Shown: positions 1 through 14,615 of the stretch, one piece after another
Layout: every line of letters begins with the position of its first letter
How positions within the stretch are numbered: position 1 is the first letter of the stretch
Assembly (NCBI RefSeq): GCF_009914755.1
Contig: NC_060933.1
Length of the DNA stretch: 64,000 nt
Source: the human T2T-CHM13v2.0 reference genome, Homo sapiens
Direction: 5' to 3' (one strand)
Position numbers and translations under genes: made by a program
The notes under the pieces: model-generated
What the model saw: the letters and a program-made list of their open reading frames with translations, nothing else
Told to the model about the DNA's origin: nothing
Database searches by the model: none

Positions 1-174
1 ATCCAAGAGTCATCTTTTTGGAAGGACAGATTTAGGGTTGTCTGGCTAACAACTGCTTAGGGTGATGGAACAGAAAATGGAAAGATTAATGGTTTGAAAT
101 ATAAAGAATCATATTTAACTTCTGTTTCTTTGATTCTGTGATTTTTTTTATACCTGTCTTGTTTGTCAACAAAA

Positions 175-368
175 ATAAAATAATGTAAGATGATGGGGCA
201 GAGGAGGGACTGATGACAGCTGAGTTCTTCTGAGAATCTGTCTTTGGGCAGGTACGAGTTCAGAGAATGCCTCTCCCTGCATTTGTTGTATTTCAAGTAC
301 ATGCAGCTGGAAGTGATCAATATACTAATGCGACATATTCTGGAATGGCATTTCCTGAACTCCTTCAC
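175..368 (-). mobile_element. Fragment of a second ERV1-type LTR in opposite orientation
   Basis: Minus strand begins TGAAGGAGTTCAGGAAATGCCATTCCAGAATATG, resembling MER34/MER39-type LTR 5' ends (from memory). Confidence 0.45.
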
Positions 369-493
369 TGATTAGTTTTAAGAAGCATTTCAAGCATAAA
401 TATTAAGCATGACTAAATTAGGTGAATGTAAAGGGGATAAAGGTTTATAGACGGATTAAATCATAGTTTCAAAAATCCTTTTCAGTAACTTGA

Positions 494-790
<297 letters not shown>

Positions 791-1468
791 CAGTAACTTG
801 AAATCTTAAAGTCAAGTTATGTTAAGTAATAGTTATGAAATGTCTGAGTTGTTTCTAAATAAGTTAAAATACTGAAACATTAATATCTGAATATAAATGT
901 AAAGTATATGTATTCTGGCATCTTGTTTTTATATGGCATAAATTAAATACATGCGGGCCTTGTGAGTCTGTTAATAAACATGAAAAAAACTGTATTAGGG
1001 CACATGTTCCTAAAAATTAAGAAATGGTGCTCATGTACAAAGTGCTGATATAAAACAGTTTAAATTTGCTCACTCCCTAGTTTTCACTAGAAATTAAGGT
1101 TACCAAGAGTTAAAAAGTCTAATTAATGGATGACCATTAAAACTAGAAGGAAATAACTCTGTATGTGAGGGAAATAAGATACTTTCTAAATAGGAAGTTA
1201 TAAAGAATGAGACTTTGTTAAGGGAAAAAGAAAGTAATTTTTTCTTTCTACAGTAGAGTGACGGTTCTTCCAAAACGAGAAAGAGAAACATTAGAGGACA
1301 AAACAGAATCGATCAGAAAATGGTAAAAGGTTTGTGGAAGATGAATCTTGTGAAAGGAATTTTATGTTTGATCGAGCTAAAATTAAAAGGAAATTATTTA
1401 TAATGTCCAATTTTTTTCTAAACCTTTTTTTTCTAAAAATTGAGCATTAATATCAAAAGTACACTGAT

Positions 1469-1771
1469 GGGTCAGGCATGGTGGCTAATGTCTGTAACCC
1501 CAGCACTTTGGGAGGCCAAGGAGGGCAGATTGCATATAGCCTAGGATGTGGAGAACAGCCTGGGCAACATGGCAAAACCTCATCTCTACCAAAAAAAGGA
1601 TACAAAATTAGTCAGGCATGGTGGCATACACCTGCTGTCCCAGCTACTCAGAAGGCAGAGGTGGGACCCTGGGAGGTGGAAGGTACAGTGAGCCGAGATT
1701 GTGCCACTGCACTCCAGTGTAGGTGACAAAGTGAGACCCTGTCTCAAAAAAATAAATAAATAAAATAAAAA
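1469..1771 (+). mobile_element. AluJ
   Basis: Diverged dimer with A-rich tail. Confidence 0.9.
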
Positions 1772-3767
1772 GATGCTAATGCAAAATAGAATTTGGTTCT
1801 CTCAACACGAGGTTATCAAGGTCATTTTAAGTCTTGTTATCTACAGTTAATTGCTTTGTTCTGATGCTTGTCTCAATGCTTTCTTGGAGTATTGATTTAC
1901 TCTTAATGAGAAATAGTGAAAGGTTTTTCTTTCTTTCTAGATAATTGGCCTAGGAAATAAAGATTTTGTGTTTTATCAAGACAATTTCTTGCGCTTTGCA
2001 TTTTCTTTTATTAGGCCTTTGATTACTTAAGAAATGTGAGTCTTCTCAATATTAAAAGAGCTAAATTTTTGCTGACAACTATGTAACTTACTGTATTTGC
2101 CTTCTGAAGTCTTTTTCTTATCACTGGTTAAATGAACAACTATTATTTCCACAATGACATGTGATACTATTTTAATTGTTTTAAACCTGTTGATATTTTT
2201 GACAAACTTCTCAAAATCAATTTTAGATCAAGTCTCTCTGACCTCAAATTCACTTTGAGGTTTCTCAGTTGGGCCCCCAGAAAACATCAAAGGATGAGTC
2301 TCTCACCGTGAAAAAGAGAAACATTACTCCAATTAGGCTTATCTGATCATCTGATATGCTGTCAGTCATAATTTTGGTTATCATGTTAACTTGTTGTATG
2401 CCACAGAAACAGCCAAATTTCCTTGTCAACTGAATCATTATTATAATGAACCCTCATCAGATCTCTAATCATGGTCGCTTTAAGTCCTGTTATCCACAGT
2501 TAATTTGCTTTATTCTGATGCTTTTCTCAATGCTTTTTGCAAGCAACTATAATCCTAAAATGTTGTGTTTTCAAGGAGATTCATGGAAAGGATGGAAAGG
2601 ACTTTGACAAGAAGAGGTCTCTAATAACTTTAAGATCATACCATTGGACTGGCTAAACATTTCCAGAACTCTAATAAAGAAACTGATGGGCTTGTGAAAC
2701 TACTGACCAAGATCAAGCAGAACAAAAATTAATTACATGAGACAGAATAAAATGATAAATAACAATTGTGGGTTTTATGGTTTTTAATTTGACATATTGC
2801 TGGTGTTTTATTTCTCAGATTAAAAAAAACACCTTTTTCCTTATATTAGCTTTCAGTAATTTGGTAAAGTTATACTCTTATGAACAAAAACGAAATATTT
2901 ATGTTTTCTCCCTACCTAATATCTCCAGAATTCGGAAATTATTTGTGACTCTTCTTATCTTTGTGCTAATATAGTTATTTCCATTAAGTTCAATATGAGT
3001 CTGCTCTCATAACAGAATATAGTTGGAAATATCAGTTTGGCTTCCTAGCTTTGAGAGTCCTTTAAAAGTCCAATCTGAGATTTCTTATCCAAAGTTCCAG
3101 CAAAGCAAACTTTGTGATCAATCACTAGCATTACTGCAGTTGTGTAAATAATCAGGCCAAGTTTGACGAGACTAAGCTCATTTTGCAAAAAAATTCACCT
3201 CGCTTTATCTTTAGTAGAAATGAGGGTGACTGTAGAGAGAAAAACTATGTTTCAGAAGAAAAACTATAGTACACCTGTTATTAGATTGTAGCCCTGTTCG
3301 TTGTTTTTGAGTTTTTACTATTTGTAGGCTGGAACGGATCCAGAATTCTTCTACTTTCCTATTTGGAAACATCTGGCTACAACTCTCCAAATACACACAA
3401 GAACTGCTCTGTCCCAGAAGCCCTACAAGCTGGAGCTTGACAACTCCATGTATATTATGAGGGACAGGTCTCATACCTGATATGTGGGCCACAGAGAGTT
3501 CACCCAAACACCGGACGTTATAATCACAGGCAGTCAAACTGCAAACCAGGACAAGCTGACAACTTCATGCTGTGGACAGCTTTTCCCAAGACATCAGAAC
3601 AAGATTCTTTATCATAATGAGGCTCTGACTCCTCTTGATTTTTCCTTGCTTATGCCTACCTTTTTCACTTGGCAGGATAATGCTACATTGCCGGAATTGC
3701 ACAATCAGTAGCTTCTACAGAGACTTGATGAAAAAACGGATCTGTCATGCCAAACCTAGTCATGGGA

Positions 3768-4082
3768 TGGTAGGTAACAGAAATGCCACCTTCTAGCCGA
3801 ACAGGAAATAATCTGCACAGTTGCTAATGCTTCTTGTTGCACATGGATAAACCGAACAAACAGGCTGCTTGGCTAAAACAGGTAGATTCCCCATCTGGCT
3901 CATTATTTGATCTAAATGATTTCAGTTGGTTTGGTTCATGGGGACCCTGGCTAAGGGGCATACTCCAAACTCTTGGTATTATCATCCTCATAGTCATTAG
4001 CCACAACAGTAGTCTCCCTGGTGCACTGTATCCTCTCAAAAAAGTCTTAAATGTGCATATGCAGCCATCTGCTGAATGGTAA
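3768..4082 (+). pseudogene. ERV env transmembrane-subunit remnant
   Basis: 3790-3852 translates as LLAEQEIICTVANASCCTWIN (end of the immunosuppressive domain plus CX6CC). After a frameshift comes FSWFGSWGPWLRGILQTLGIIILIVI (membrane-proximal and TM region). Confidence 0.85.
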
Positions 4083-4256
4083 ATGTTCTCTCTCTGGCTG
4101 GAATAATGGAAACTCCAAGAAATGCATGATAATGAGGACACCCATGAATGACGTGTTAAGATTTAAACCCCAAAATAATGATGACGGAGTAGTGCTGATG
4201 CCCTAAGTTTTGGTCACACTGTCTCCTAGGTGAGAGCATGACAAAAAGGGAGAAAT

Positions 4257-4683
4257 TGTTAAATTAAATTTATAGGAGGTCATTGGTTTGAACTGAGCTC
4301 CTGCAATATGCCCAATAGACCAAACCAAAATGGTGTCACTCACGCTCAAGTTCCATACCACTAAGCCAAAATAAGATTTTTATCTGACCTTCCGAGAAAT
4401 CAGGAGAGAGAGAGAATAGCCAAATCCCCAAACAGGCCAGTTGTAGCTGGCATGATAAGAAAGTCCCCTCTGCTTTAACCTTTATAAGAAAAGTAACTCT
4501 GAAACAACCAATCTGCTTTTTATTTTCTGTTTCTGCTTTCCTCAGTCCTTTTCTTTCTATAAAACCAACCTCCTCTGCTTGGCCCATCAGAACACTCAAT
4601 TCTATTCAAGTGTTTCTCAATTCTGGAATCACAAGTAAAAGCCAATTCAGGTCTTTACATTGTTGTAATGTTGTCTTTTGACA
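4257..4683 (+). mobile_element. 3' LTR of the ERV1-class element
   Basis: Starts TGTTAAA directly after the PPT and ends TTTGACA. Contains TATA-like TATAAAA at about 4558 and a poly(A)-signal variant AGTAAA at about 4634. Confidence 0.8.
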
Positions 4684-5750
4684 ATACCTTTCCAAACCCC
4701 AGATCCCATCCATTCCCAAGTCCTCTTGGAGTTTCCATTATATCCAGGGAATCTGTCCCACTGCCACCAACCCTTATCTGCCTGCAAATACAAGGCAGCT
4801 TAAGAATTCCATTCTTGCCATTCCAAGGCTTTCTCCCACTGCAGCCAGGGCAATCTCATCAATTTTTCAAAGCACAAATCTCGTATCCTCTCAATCAGTT
4901 TCTCTCTCTCTCTCTCTCTCCAAACACTTAATGGCTATTTAGCTTGAGACTGAGTTTAAGTGTTCTTAAACTCAAGGCTGTGACAGGCCCTACAAAATCC
5001 ATCTCACCCCCTCTCCCACCTCTGCCTCAGGTCTCTGCCCACTGTTTTCTCACCTAGACAGTATCCTCTCCCTCCCCAAGGGCCCACCTCACATTTCACC
5101 TACTTTACTCTGACTTACCCTTCAGATCCTAGCTCTGATCTTTCATAGTATTTACTAGTCTGTAATTACAGGGCAAGGGCTGGGGGCAGAGGAATTCTGC
5201 CTTTTTCAGTCAGGGTTCCAGCAGAGAATGAGGCCTAATACCCTAGGGCATGCATTAGATGTACTGAATGAACTTCTCTCCCAAGCATCCAGAAAGCATC
5301 AGCTGTGTCACACTCCTGGAAGAGCTGAAGAGCTGAACAAATAGTCACAGAGTTCTGTGTTGTATGGTTCAGATGGGGAACCCAGGTTTGAAAAGCTTTG
5401 TGCCAAATACTACTTGACACAGAGTAGGTGCTCAAAGGTTTGTTAAAATGAAACAGAAATGTAATCTTGCAATGAACCCAAGGCTGGCACGCTCTCGCTC
5501 ACTCTGCTGCAGTCACACTAGATTCGTGCTGTTCCTTCAATACCTACCAGGTCCCCCTGCCTGGCATGCCTGTGCCCCAGGTTTATCTGCTTGGCCAACT
5601 GCTTCACCTTCTCAAGACTGGACGCAGATATCACCTTTCAATGAGGCCACCCCGGACACTCTCTTTAGCTCTGCAACCTGACCCCATGATCCCTGGAATT
5701 CCTGATGCCCCCTTATCCTCCTTCCTACAGCACTCATCACCTTCACACTT

Positions 5751-5973
5751 TCTTTTTTTTTTTTTTTTTATACTTTAAGTTTTAGGGTACATGTGCACAA
5801 CGTGCAGGTTAGTTACATTTGTATACATGTGCCATGTTGGTGTGCTGCACCCATTAACTCGTCATTTAACATTAGGTATATCTCCTAATGCTATCCCTTC
5901 CCCCTCCCCCCACCCACAACAGGCCCCCGTGTGTGATGTTCCCCTTCCTGTGTCCATGTGTTCTCATTGTTCA
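5751..5973 (-). mobile_element. 5'-truncated young L1PA 3' end
   Basis: Poly-T followed by TATACTTTAAGTTTTAGGGTACATGTGCACAACGTGCAGG; flanked by the TSD CACTTTCTTT. Confidence 0.92.
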
Positions 5974-6899
5974 CGCACTTTCTTTACATGCAACTCACTA
6001 ACGGATAATGTTGACTGTCTATTGTGTATTTTCACCTACTAGCAATATAGGTTTCATGAGGATATCTGTAACCCAAGTGGCTAAAACAATGCCTGGCATG
6101 CAGCACATGTCTAATCAATGTTCATTAGATAAATGCATGAACGTGCTTCTTCTGAGTTACCACTCTCTCATAATTCGGAAGCACACAGGGACTGCCTGGT
6201 TCCAATTCTGTAGATTCTTTAGCTCAAATCCCCGCCAATGATTAGAATGCTTCCCTGTGTCCGGTTTCAAATTCCTGAGGCAGAACCAATTGACCCGGCT
6301 TGTCTTCCCAAAGCAGGCCACACGATAGAGGTCAATGGTAGCTACCCATGGATGAGCCATTTAGTGTAGAAGGGCCTCTTGGCACAACCGAAAAAGAGCA
6401 AAGCCATCTGAAGCTATTCAGTGTGGAAGCAAAAGCTCTCCCCAGATTGCAAGCGCACTGCTGTGTTACAGCAGAGGCCACACTGGGTATCAGTGGAAGC
6501 AGGGGCATCAGGAGCGAGTTGGATCAAGCTAGACGTTTAGCTGCCAATCCTAACCTTAGTGGGGGCTGCTGCCAGGACTGAGTGGTGTACCTCAATGTCT
6601 GGCTCACCCAGAAGAGGTGCATCACTCCCTCAGGAAACTTAACTGTCCATATGCAGCCATCTGCTGAATGGTAAATGTTCTCTCTCTGGTTGGAATGATG
6701 GAAACTCCAAGAAATGCATGATAATAAGAACACCCATGAATGACATGTTCCCATCTCATCCTCTCCATAAACAGATTTGTTGACAAGTGTAACCAGCAAA
6801 CATTTAATAAAAAAATCAATGTAACTCTGCAGGCAAGCAGGCATTCTTTAGAACTCCTCACCGCACCCCGTTCCCTGCTGCAGATTTTATAATGACCTG

Positions 6900-7255
6900 A
6901 AAGGCAGAGTGGCTGACACAAGCTGGATAGTTCTGGCTCAGGAAGATGTCTCATGAAGCTGCAGTCACCTGAGGCCTGACTGGGGCTGGAAGAGCTGCTT
7001 CCCTTCCCTGTGGGCTGCTGGCCAGAGCCACAGACCCTCACCTGTGACCTCGCCTCACCACAGGACAGCTGGTCTCCCCCCAGAGCAGGGGATCCAAGAG
7101 AGACAGGCTGGCGGAAGCTACAACATCTTGTATGACTTCTGCTGTATTCTACTGGTCATAGGACCAGCCCTGATCCAGAGAGGGAGGGGATGACACCTGA
7201 GTGTGAATACCAGGAGGCGGGGATCCCCGGACCATCCTGGAGAAGACATACCACA
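6900..7255. mobile_element. MaLR (MLT1-like) LTR
   Basis: Characteristic GTCACCTGAGGCCTGACTGGGGCTGG...TATTCTACTGGTCA...ACCACA. Confidence 0.6.
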
Positions 7256-7440
7256 GTCTGCTCATGTAGACAAAGACCTATTTTTTAAGGGCCCAGAGCT
7301 AACAAAAGGTTTTTACATCTTAAAGGGCTTTCCTTAAAAAGGAAAATAAAGCAGCATATGTGACAGAGACCACAGGTGGCCTGCAAAGCTTAAAATATTT
7401 ACTATATGGTCTTTATAGAAAAAGTCTGATGACCTCCGAT
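7255..7440. mobile_element. MER58-like hAT-Charlie fossil
   Basis: GGCCTGCAAAGCTTAAAATATTTACTATATGGTCTTTATAGAAAAAGT motif. Confidence 0.55.
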
Positions 7441-9457
7441 GTACACTGTACTTTACAGATGATTTAAGGGATCTTTCAAGGCTAATTCTTCCTCTGTGCC
7501 ATGTTCTCTTTATGCTCGGACTTTAGAATCTATCTCCCAAGTGAGCAACTCTATTGAAACAGGTGCTCAGCGAACTGTAGCTCTGAATATTATAGTGGCA
7601 AGCACTAAGAAATGAACAGCTCATCATAACCTGAACAGAAAGATAATAATCAACAGTTCCTTGTCCATAAGTAGGTGTCTGATAAATACAAACTCAGTGA
7701 ATGAATGACTAAATGGATACGAAATACTACAAAGACGCATCTTGAAAGTATGGAGCTATCATGACAATAAAAATATCTTTAACCAACGATTTACAATATA
7801 AACACAACAACATGTGAAGGTGCTATAATAACATTAACAGCTGAAATTTATCGAGGGCTAACTCTATGCCAAGTATTGTCAAGCATTCTCGTATTCACGC
7901 CTCATATGCTAAGGCAGGTGTAATTAGTTGCCTTCATTTTACAGATGAGCAAATTGAGGCTGACGGAAATTAAGTAATTTCCCCTGGATTACACTGATAC
8001 ATAAGTAGCGGGGCTATTTTCTCTTAGCAAACTACATAAAAAAATAAAGAGCAACTCTGCATCCTGAATGTCATGCCTGAGATGAGCTTGCTGAAAGCGC
8101 AGCAGAGACAGCAGCCCTCTGCTGGCCCAGGCTTCTCCTCCATCCCTTCTCGCTCCCTCCCTCCCTTCCTCACACTCAGCTGGCTGGGATCCCAACCCAG
8201 GGACTCCAAGAAGGGCCCAGCTCCGGGCTCCCTATGTAAGCAAGGTCACAGAGACTTGAAATGGGTGATTGAACCTAATTACTCACTGCTCTGCTCCCTC
8301 TATCCAAAGAGAGCTTGAAAACATTTTCACTGAGGTCTTTGCTGAGATTGCAGACTCAGCACAGGACCTGCCTCCTGCTTTCCTAAATGAGCGAAGTGGC
8401 TTGCAGCGGCTCTAGCTCTGGGGCCAACAAGGTTTTGACGCTTGAATTAGGAGAGGGCAGAGAGAAGGCTGCAGCTCTTGCAGCAAAATGCAGGGCTGTC
8501 AGGTATACACCCAGGACACACTGCAGCCACTGCAACAGAACAGAACTGAGCTCTAGGCCACGGGTTTCCTAGGCGGACATAAAGAGATCTCACTCTCCCT
8601 GAATGGCCTTGGAGATGGCTCAAAGTGTCCACTCTTCCCAGATTCTTGCACCTGAGGGTACAGGACTTGCTCAAGACTATACAGCCAGTGTCAGAGACAA
8701 AGTTCACTGATGCTAATTCAAATTTTCCCACATTTTGGATTCTGCTCTTGGAAAGCTTGAAGTCCAGTTGGTTGAAAAGACAGTTGATGATGACAAGTTC
8801 TGGAGGGAAGAGGACCTGGGCAGAGGGAACCTGGACTAGAGGCTGAGTGTACCTGTGTCAGGGCCAGAAAGAGAGGGGCCAGGATAAAGGCAGACAGAGG
8901 AAGTCAGAGGCCTGGAACAAAGTGGGGCGTGAAGGGGAACATGTGTGACTATCTGGACAGGAGAGTCAGCTGACCAAGGACAAGGGCAAAGACTGTCAAA
9001 GGGCACTGAGGGACCAGCTGAGAGCAGAGACATGAATCTGTGTCAATAACACACCACTGTGACCTCAAAGGGATTCTCATAAATACAGCTGTCCAATCCC
9101 CGCACAGTAAACATGCAAGCCACAACAAGATGATCACCTCCCTCAGTCCACCCTGATTATGAGATAATCATCATCCACAAAAATATTATTCCCATGCCTA
9201 ACAAGCAAAGGGAGGAGGGGCCCTCTAGTCTGCCCTTGTAAACAGACACTTGCAGGAAGGGAAAATAGGGAAGAAAGGGGCTTTGATGTCAGAGACCAGT
9301 TTAGGTCCCAATTCTGCCACTTACTAGCTGCATGATCTTGAGCAAGTTACTGGATGCTCAGTGACCTGGTTTTCTCATCTGTAAAATCACAATCATACTA
9401 CCTACCCCAAAGAACTCTTGTGATGATTGAAAGCAACATGCTTAGCTCACAGACAGC

Positions 9458-9905
9458 TGTGACAAATTGTTTGCAGTAATGGCCAAACGATTCCCTGCTC
9501 CTCATACCCACAGCTTGGCAAGATGACTTTGCACTCTCCTGTTAGAAGGGCGGGTAGAAGGAGGGGGCAGGTCTCTCTCTCCCTTCCCCTTGAATCTGGG
9601 CTGGCCTGTGGCCTGCTTTAGCCAATGAAATAAAGTAGAGGTAACTGTGCGGCTTCTGACCTGGGGCCTCAGGGCTGCCCCCCTTCCCCGACCAGGTGAG
9701 CAACCCCACTACGGGAGGGACCCTGGGCTAGCCTGCTGGAGGCCCAGGGATAAGCCCTCCCAGCAGCTGATTGTAGACACTTGAGGAACCCTAGGCAAGA
9801 CCAGGAGCCCAGCAGCCCAGCCTGAACTGCCAGCTGCAGAAGTGTAAACTAGGTGCCCAGTTGTTATTTAAGCTCCCTAAATAGCGGGGTGATTTGTCAG
9901 CAAGG
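9458..9905. mobile_element. MaLR (MLT1-like) LTR
   Basis: TCCCCTTGAATCTGGGCTGGCCTGTG...TTGTTATTTAAGC...GATTTGT pattern. Confidence 0.55.
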
Positions 9906-9959
9906 ACTGTAAATACTCAATGCACCACAGCTGATAATCAGGACTTCTCTCTCGTCCGG

Positions 9960-11545
<1,586 letters not shown>

Positions 11546-11769
11546 AATCAATAAATGAACAAATATAGAAACAATAGAATTTTTTTTAGTACAGTGTCCC
11601 ATTTAATAGTAAAGGAAAAATGCTGAAAGCCTCTATAGTCAATCATGAGGTTCTACAAACCTTCCACTGTCTGTTTTCTCCTTATTACAGTGGTGAGAAG
11701 AAGAAGGAGGTCTCCATTTGCATAGATGGAGACCTGAATGTGTGTGTGCCGGAGAAGCCAGAAGGCTCG

Positions 11770-11962
11770 CTGAGCAACCCCAGTCAAACAGGAGGCTGCT
11801 TGTTCGTAGCCTGCAAGTGAAGAATGGTTTTCATATTTTTAAATGATTTCACTTTAAATCGTTTTATGGGTATCTACATAATAGTCTTACTTTTGCTTCT
11901 TGGGCCTGCAAAGCATAAAATATTCATGACTTGGCACTTTTAGAAGTTTACCAACCCCTGGA
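11770..11962. mobile_element. MER58-like hAT-Charlie fossil
   Basis: GGCCTGCAAAGCATAAAATATT...AAGTTTACCAACCCCTG end motif. Confidence 0.55.
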
Positions 11963-12489
11963 GGCAAACTTCTCGGTAGTCCACAAGGCCCCCTGAAACA
12001 GTTATCCAGGTATTTCAGCAAAAAGTGACATCTGAAATCAAGTGCCTTAGAAGCAATCAGTGAAAAGTGATTGGAAAAGTGATTAAAGTGGGCACTGGCC
12101 ATGGCTATTATCTAAAATAATGGTGACACCCTCTATGCAGCTGGGAAAGAAATAGCCAAACACGGAAATGTATTTTACGCACGTTCCCAGGGTAAAGCAT
12201 ATCCGAAAACCAATGGCTACGGATAGATATTGTTCTAAATTTGGAGGTATCTGATGACAGAATGAAGTTTCCTTCCCTTTTCTTACCCACACCCAAAACT
12301 ACACCCATACTTCTCATGAGAAAAATTCTGTCACACTTAGGGTTTCCCTTTCCAACATCTGATCTTTCACTTAAGAAAAAACCGATTTCCAGGACACTTT
12401 AGTTACATGTCAACTGCTCCCAAATGGAAGCTCCTAATATACACAGACCTTTCAGTGCCATGCCTGGCAAATAGGAAGCCACTGGCATT

Positions 12490-12695
12490 ATTGTAATACT
12501 GTATCCCAATATGTTATTATTGTATCATTGTTACATATATTATTGCATCATATGTTATATATGATACAATACATAATGGATTGCATATACAATGTATTGA
12601 ATATTCTGTAACATGTAAATATAAAATCATAACATATACAGTATGTTGTATGGTTTTATATTATTACATGCGTTATTATATCACTGTTATATTGC
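12490..12695. repeat. AT-rich low-complexity (degenerate TA) tract
   Basis: Recurrent TATTG/TATAT/ACAT units. Confidence 0.7.
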
Positions 12696-13999
12696 TATCC
12701 TAACTTAGGAGACACAAAGCCACACTCTAGCTGCAGGGCTTCAGACAAGTTACTTCACTTCTAGAAGCCTCAATTTCTTCATTGGCAAAATTAGGGAATA
12801 ATTTGAGATTTTTACTCTTCTCTTCTAGCTCAAGATGTCTGTGATTCCAAAGTCATGTTAAATAATCTTTTGTTTACCTTTCTCTCCTACCCTGAACCAG
12901 TTTATGACTACATCCCAATATGGCCTCTAACCTCACTGATGAACCAATGGCCTTGTCCGTTCTATTCACTCCAACGCCCTGACGTTCTACACTAGTTGAT
13001 TCAAACTACCCTCCCAGCAAACTGTTTAATGTATCTATTTTCCTAACAATTGAATTGATGCTCTTGTCATCCATATGCAGTTAGGGAAATGGTTAGCTCT
13101 CTACAGAAGCAGCGAAGAGGGATTGCTGGGTCATTAGTCACGCTGCCTAACAGTAAGCATTACATTAACAATGTTAACAACACTTCTGGGCTCACTCTGT
13201 CTCTTTCATGTGAAGAAACTCAAGTATTTAATAATCATTGCTCTCTGGAAGGCAGAAGACAAAAAGTTGTGATGGTAATTGGGTACGCTTAAATAAAGCC
13301 TCATGTCTCCTTTCTATGAAACTCAGCACTTGAATGAGATTGAGTCAAGCCCAAAGCAAATGACTGTGGGAAATTAAATTTTATAACAAAATGGATTCTT
13401 AACACCGATAATGGCTTTTGAACTTCCCATACCCTTTCTCTGAGTCCCGTGCCATCAGATAATTCATCAAAATGGTGTTTGTAAGTGTAGTTTAAGTTTT
13501 ACAAGAGGAACGATTTCAAAATAATATTCAGTGCTGATGTGCTTGAGAGTAACTGGTAAATTTATACATCACTCATGAAAATGCATCACTTTTGGAAAAC
13601 AACAAGGCAAGATCCTTAAAGCTATTTCTATGTTCCTGGCTTGGGAACTTTACACTGGGAACTTATCCTAAGGACATCATCCAACAGAATCACAAAACTA
13701 TATTAATGAAGCTACTTACTGCTGCCTGACCTGTAAAAAGTGGAAATAATTTCGATATTCAACAGCAGGTGAATGATTTCATAAGTTATGGAACAGTAAC
13801 ATGATGGAATGTCATAGTCATAGCAGTTATTAAGACCACATAGAAGCATAAAATTAAAAGAAAAAAAAGCAAAATTATTTGCATACGATGACAATTCTAT
13901 GAAAAATATGCATCGTGCAGCCGCTCTGAAAAAGAATAATGGCACTGACTAACACTTTTGCCGCCTCACTATGTTTTAGGTCATTCACTCATTCATTCA

Positions 14000-14392
<393 letters not shown>

Positions 14393-14399
14393 TAAAAGC

Positions 14400-14615
14400 A
14401 ATAACAATAATAAACTGACTGGATACTGACTGCACGCCAGGCACTGTCCTAAGCACTTTGCATGGACAGACTCCTTCATCCTCACAACATCCTATGAAGT
14501 GGGCCCTATTTGCAGATGAGGAAATTGAGGCCCAGAAATTAAGTAACTTGCTGAAGGACAGCCAACTAGAAAGTGGGAGAACAAAGACTCCACCCTGGCA
14601 CCTGGGCTCCAGAGT
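14400..14615. mobile_element. MIR SINE
   Basis: CCAGGCACTGTCCTAAGCACTTTG...TTTGCAGATGAGGAAATTGAGGCCCAGA core. Confidence 0.75.

Noticed and set aside
8652-8809. Possible minus-strand cassette exon after the acceptor-like CCTCTTCCCTCCAG
   Set aside because: The nearest donor (CAG|GTGCAA) is weak and the peptide is not recognisable as C3G; evidence is insufficient.
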